Source: Ginglymostoma cirratum (lineage: Eukaryota). Taken from it: DNA of 64,000 nucleotides. Position numbers and translations under genes: made by a program. The notes below the pieces were generated by a model that was not told the DNA's origin, did no database searches, and saw only the letters and a program-made list of their open reading frames with translations. The stretch spans positions 12,485,466 through 12,549,465 of the forward strand of contig JAHRHZ010000099.1 in assembly GCA_024137785.1 (NCBI GenBank), written 5' to 3'. Shown here piece by piece: positions 63,275-64,000 of the stretch. Within the stretch, counting starts at the first letter, position 1. Each line of letters starts with the position of its first letter.

Positions 63275-63626
63275 TTCATTCATGGGGTGAGTGCATCACT
63301 GGCGAGGCAGCATTTATTGCCCATTCCTAATTACCCAGAGAGCAGTTAAGAGTCAACCACATTGCTGTGGGTCTGGAGTCACATGCACCCCAGACCAGGT
63401 AGAGATGGCAGTTTCCTTCCCTAAAGTACGTTCATGAACCAGGTGGATTTTTCTGGCAATTTTTGATTCATGGTCATCATTAGACTGTTAATTCCGGATA
63501 TTTATTTATTGAATTCAAATTCCACCACCTGCCATGATGGGATTTAACCCATGTCTCCAGAACGTTTTCTGGGTCTCTGGATTAACAGTCCAGTGATAAT
63601 ACCACTAGGCCATTGCCTCCCCCTAT
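63275..63626 (-). mobile_element. tRNA-derived SINE, same family as 37945-38287
   Basis: Colinear, high similarity. Confidence 0.82.
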
Positions 63627-64000
63627 TGATACATATAGTATTAATGACCACAATACAATCAATGAAATGAACTCAGATTATCTTCTCATTTTAATAGGAG
63701 TGATAGTAATATAATTTCAATAATAATGTGGATTATTTTGAGACTTTTTTGTTATTATTATAGGATGCAGGTACACTGTAAATGCAAATGGCAGAATTCA
63801 GTCCGTAGAGTTTGATGGCGAGAGAGTTACATAGTTCCCAGTCCACCATGAATGGTTCACTCACAGACTTCCACCTTTCGCCTCATTAATTATGCAACCA
63901 TGCTATTGGGTATGTTTCTCAGGGAATCATGGCCCTCTTGGGCAATGCCCTGATCCTCAGTCTCATCTTCATCCTCAAATTCCCTCAGCATCCGGGACGT

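Overview
Eukaryotic, AT-rich, repeat-dense non-coding DNA. HE1-type V-SINEs and HER1/CR1 LINEs point to a cartilaginous fish (shark). I see no supportable host protein-coding exon, rRNA, tRNA gene or CRISPR array, so this looks like intergenic DNA or a large intron. Every ORF with recognisable protein motifs belongs to a decayed retroelement: CR1 RT, RTE RT, Gypsy integrase, or Penelope RT/GIY-YIG. The most notable layer is about 15 intact-to-decayed minimal hammerhead ribozyme motifs (CUGANGA-stem II-GAAAC-NUH) in the termini of three Penelope-like (PLE) families, labelled A, B and C here. They occur as coding remnants, as ~100-nt solo modules and as fold-back palindromes, and one fold-back arm starts at about the predicted self-cleavage site. 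Also present are two local templated insertions (one with microhomology at both ends), a ~300-bp duplicated unique sequence, a strong CTCF-like motif, solo LTRs with TSDs and two nested TE stacks. All calls were made by eye, family names are by resemblance, and TE boundaries are approximate (+/-10-50 bp). No clearly new biological system is demonstrated.
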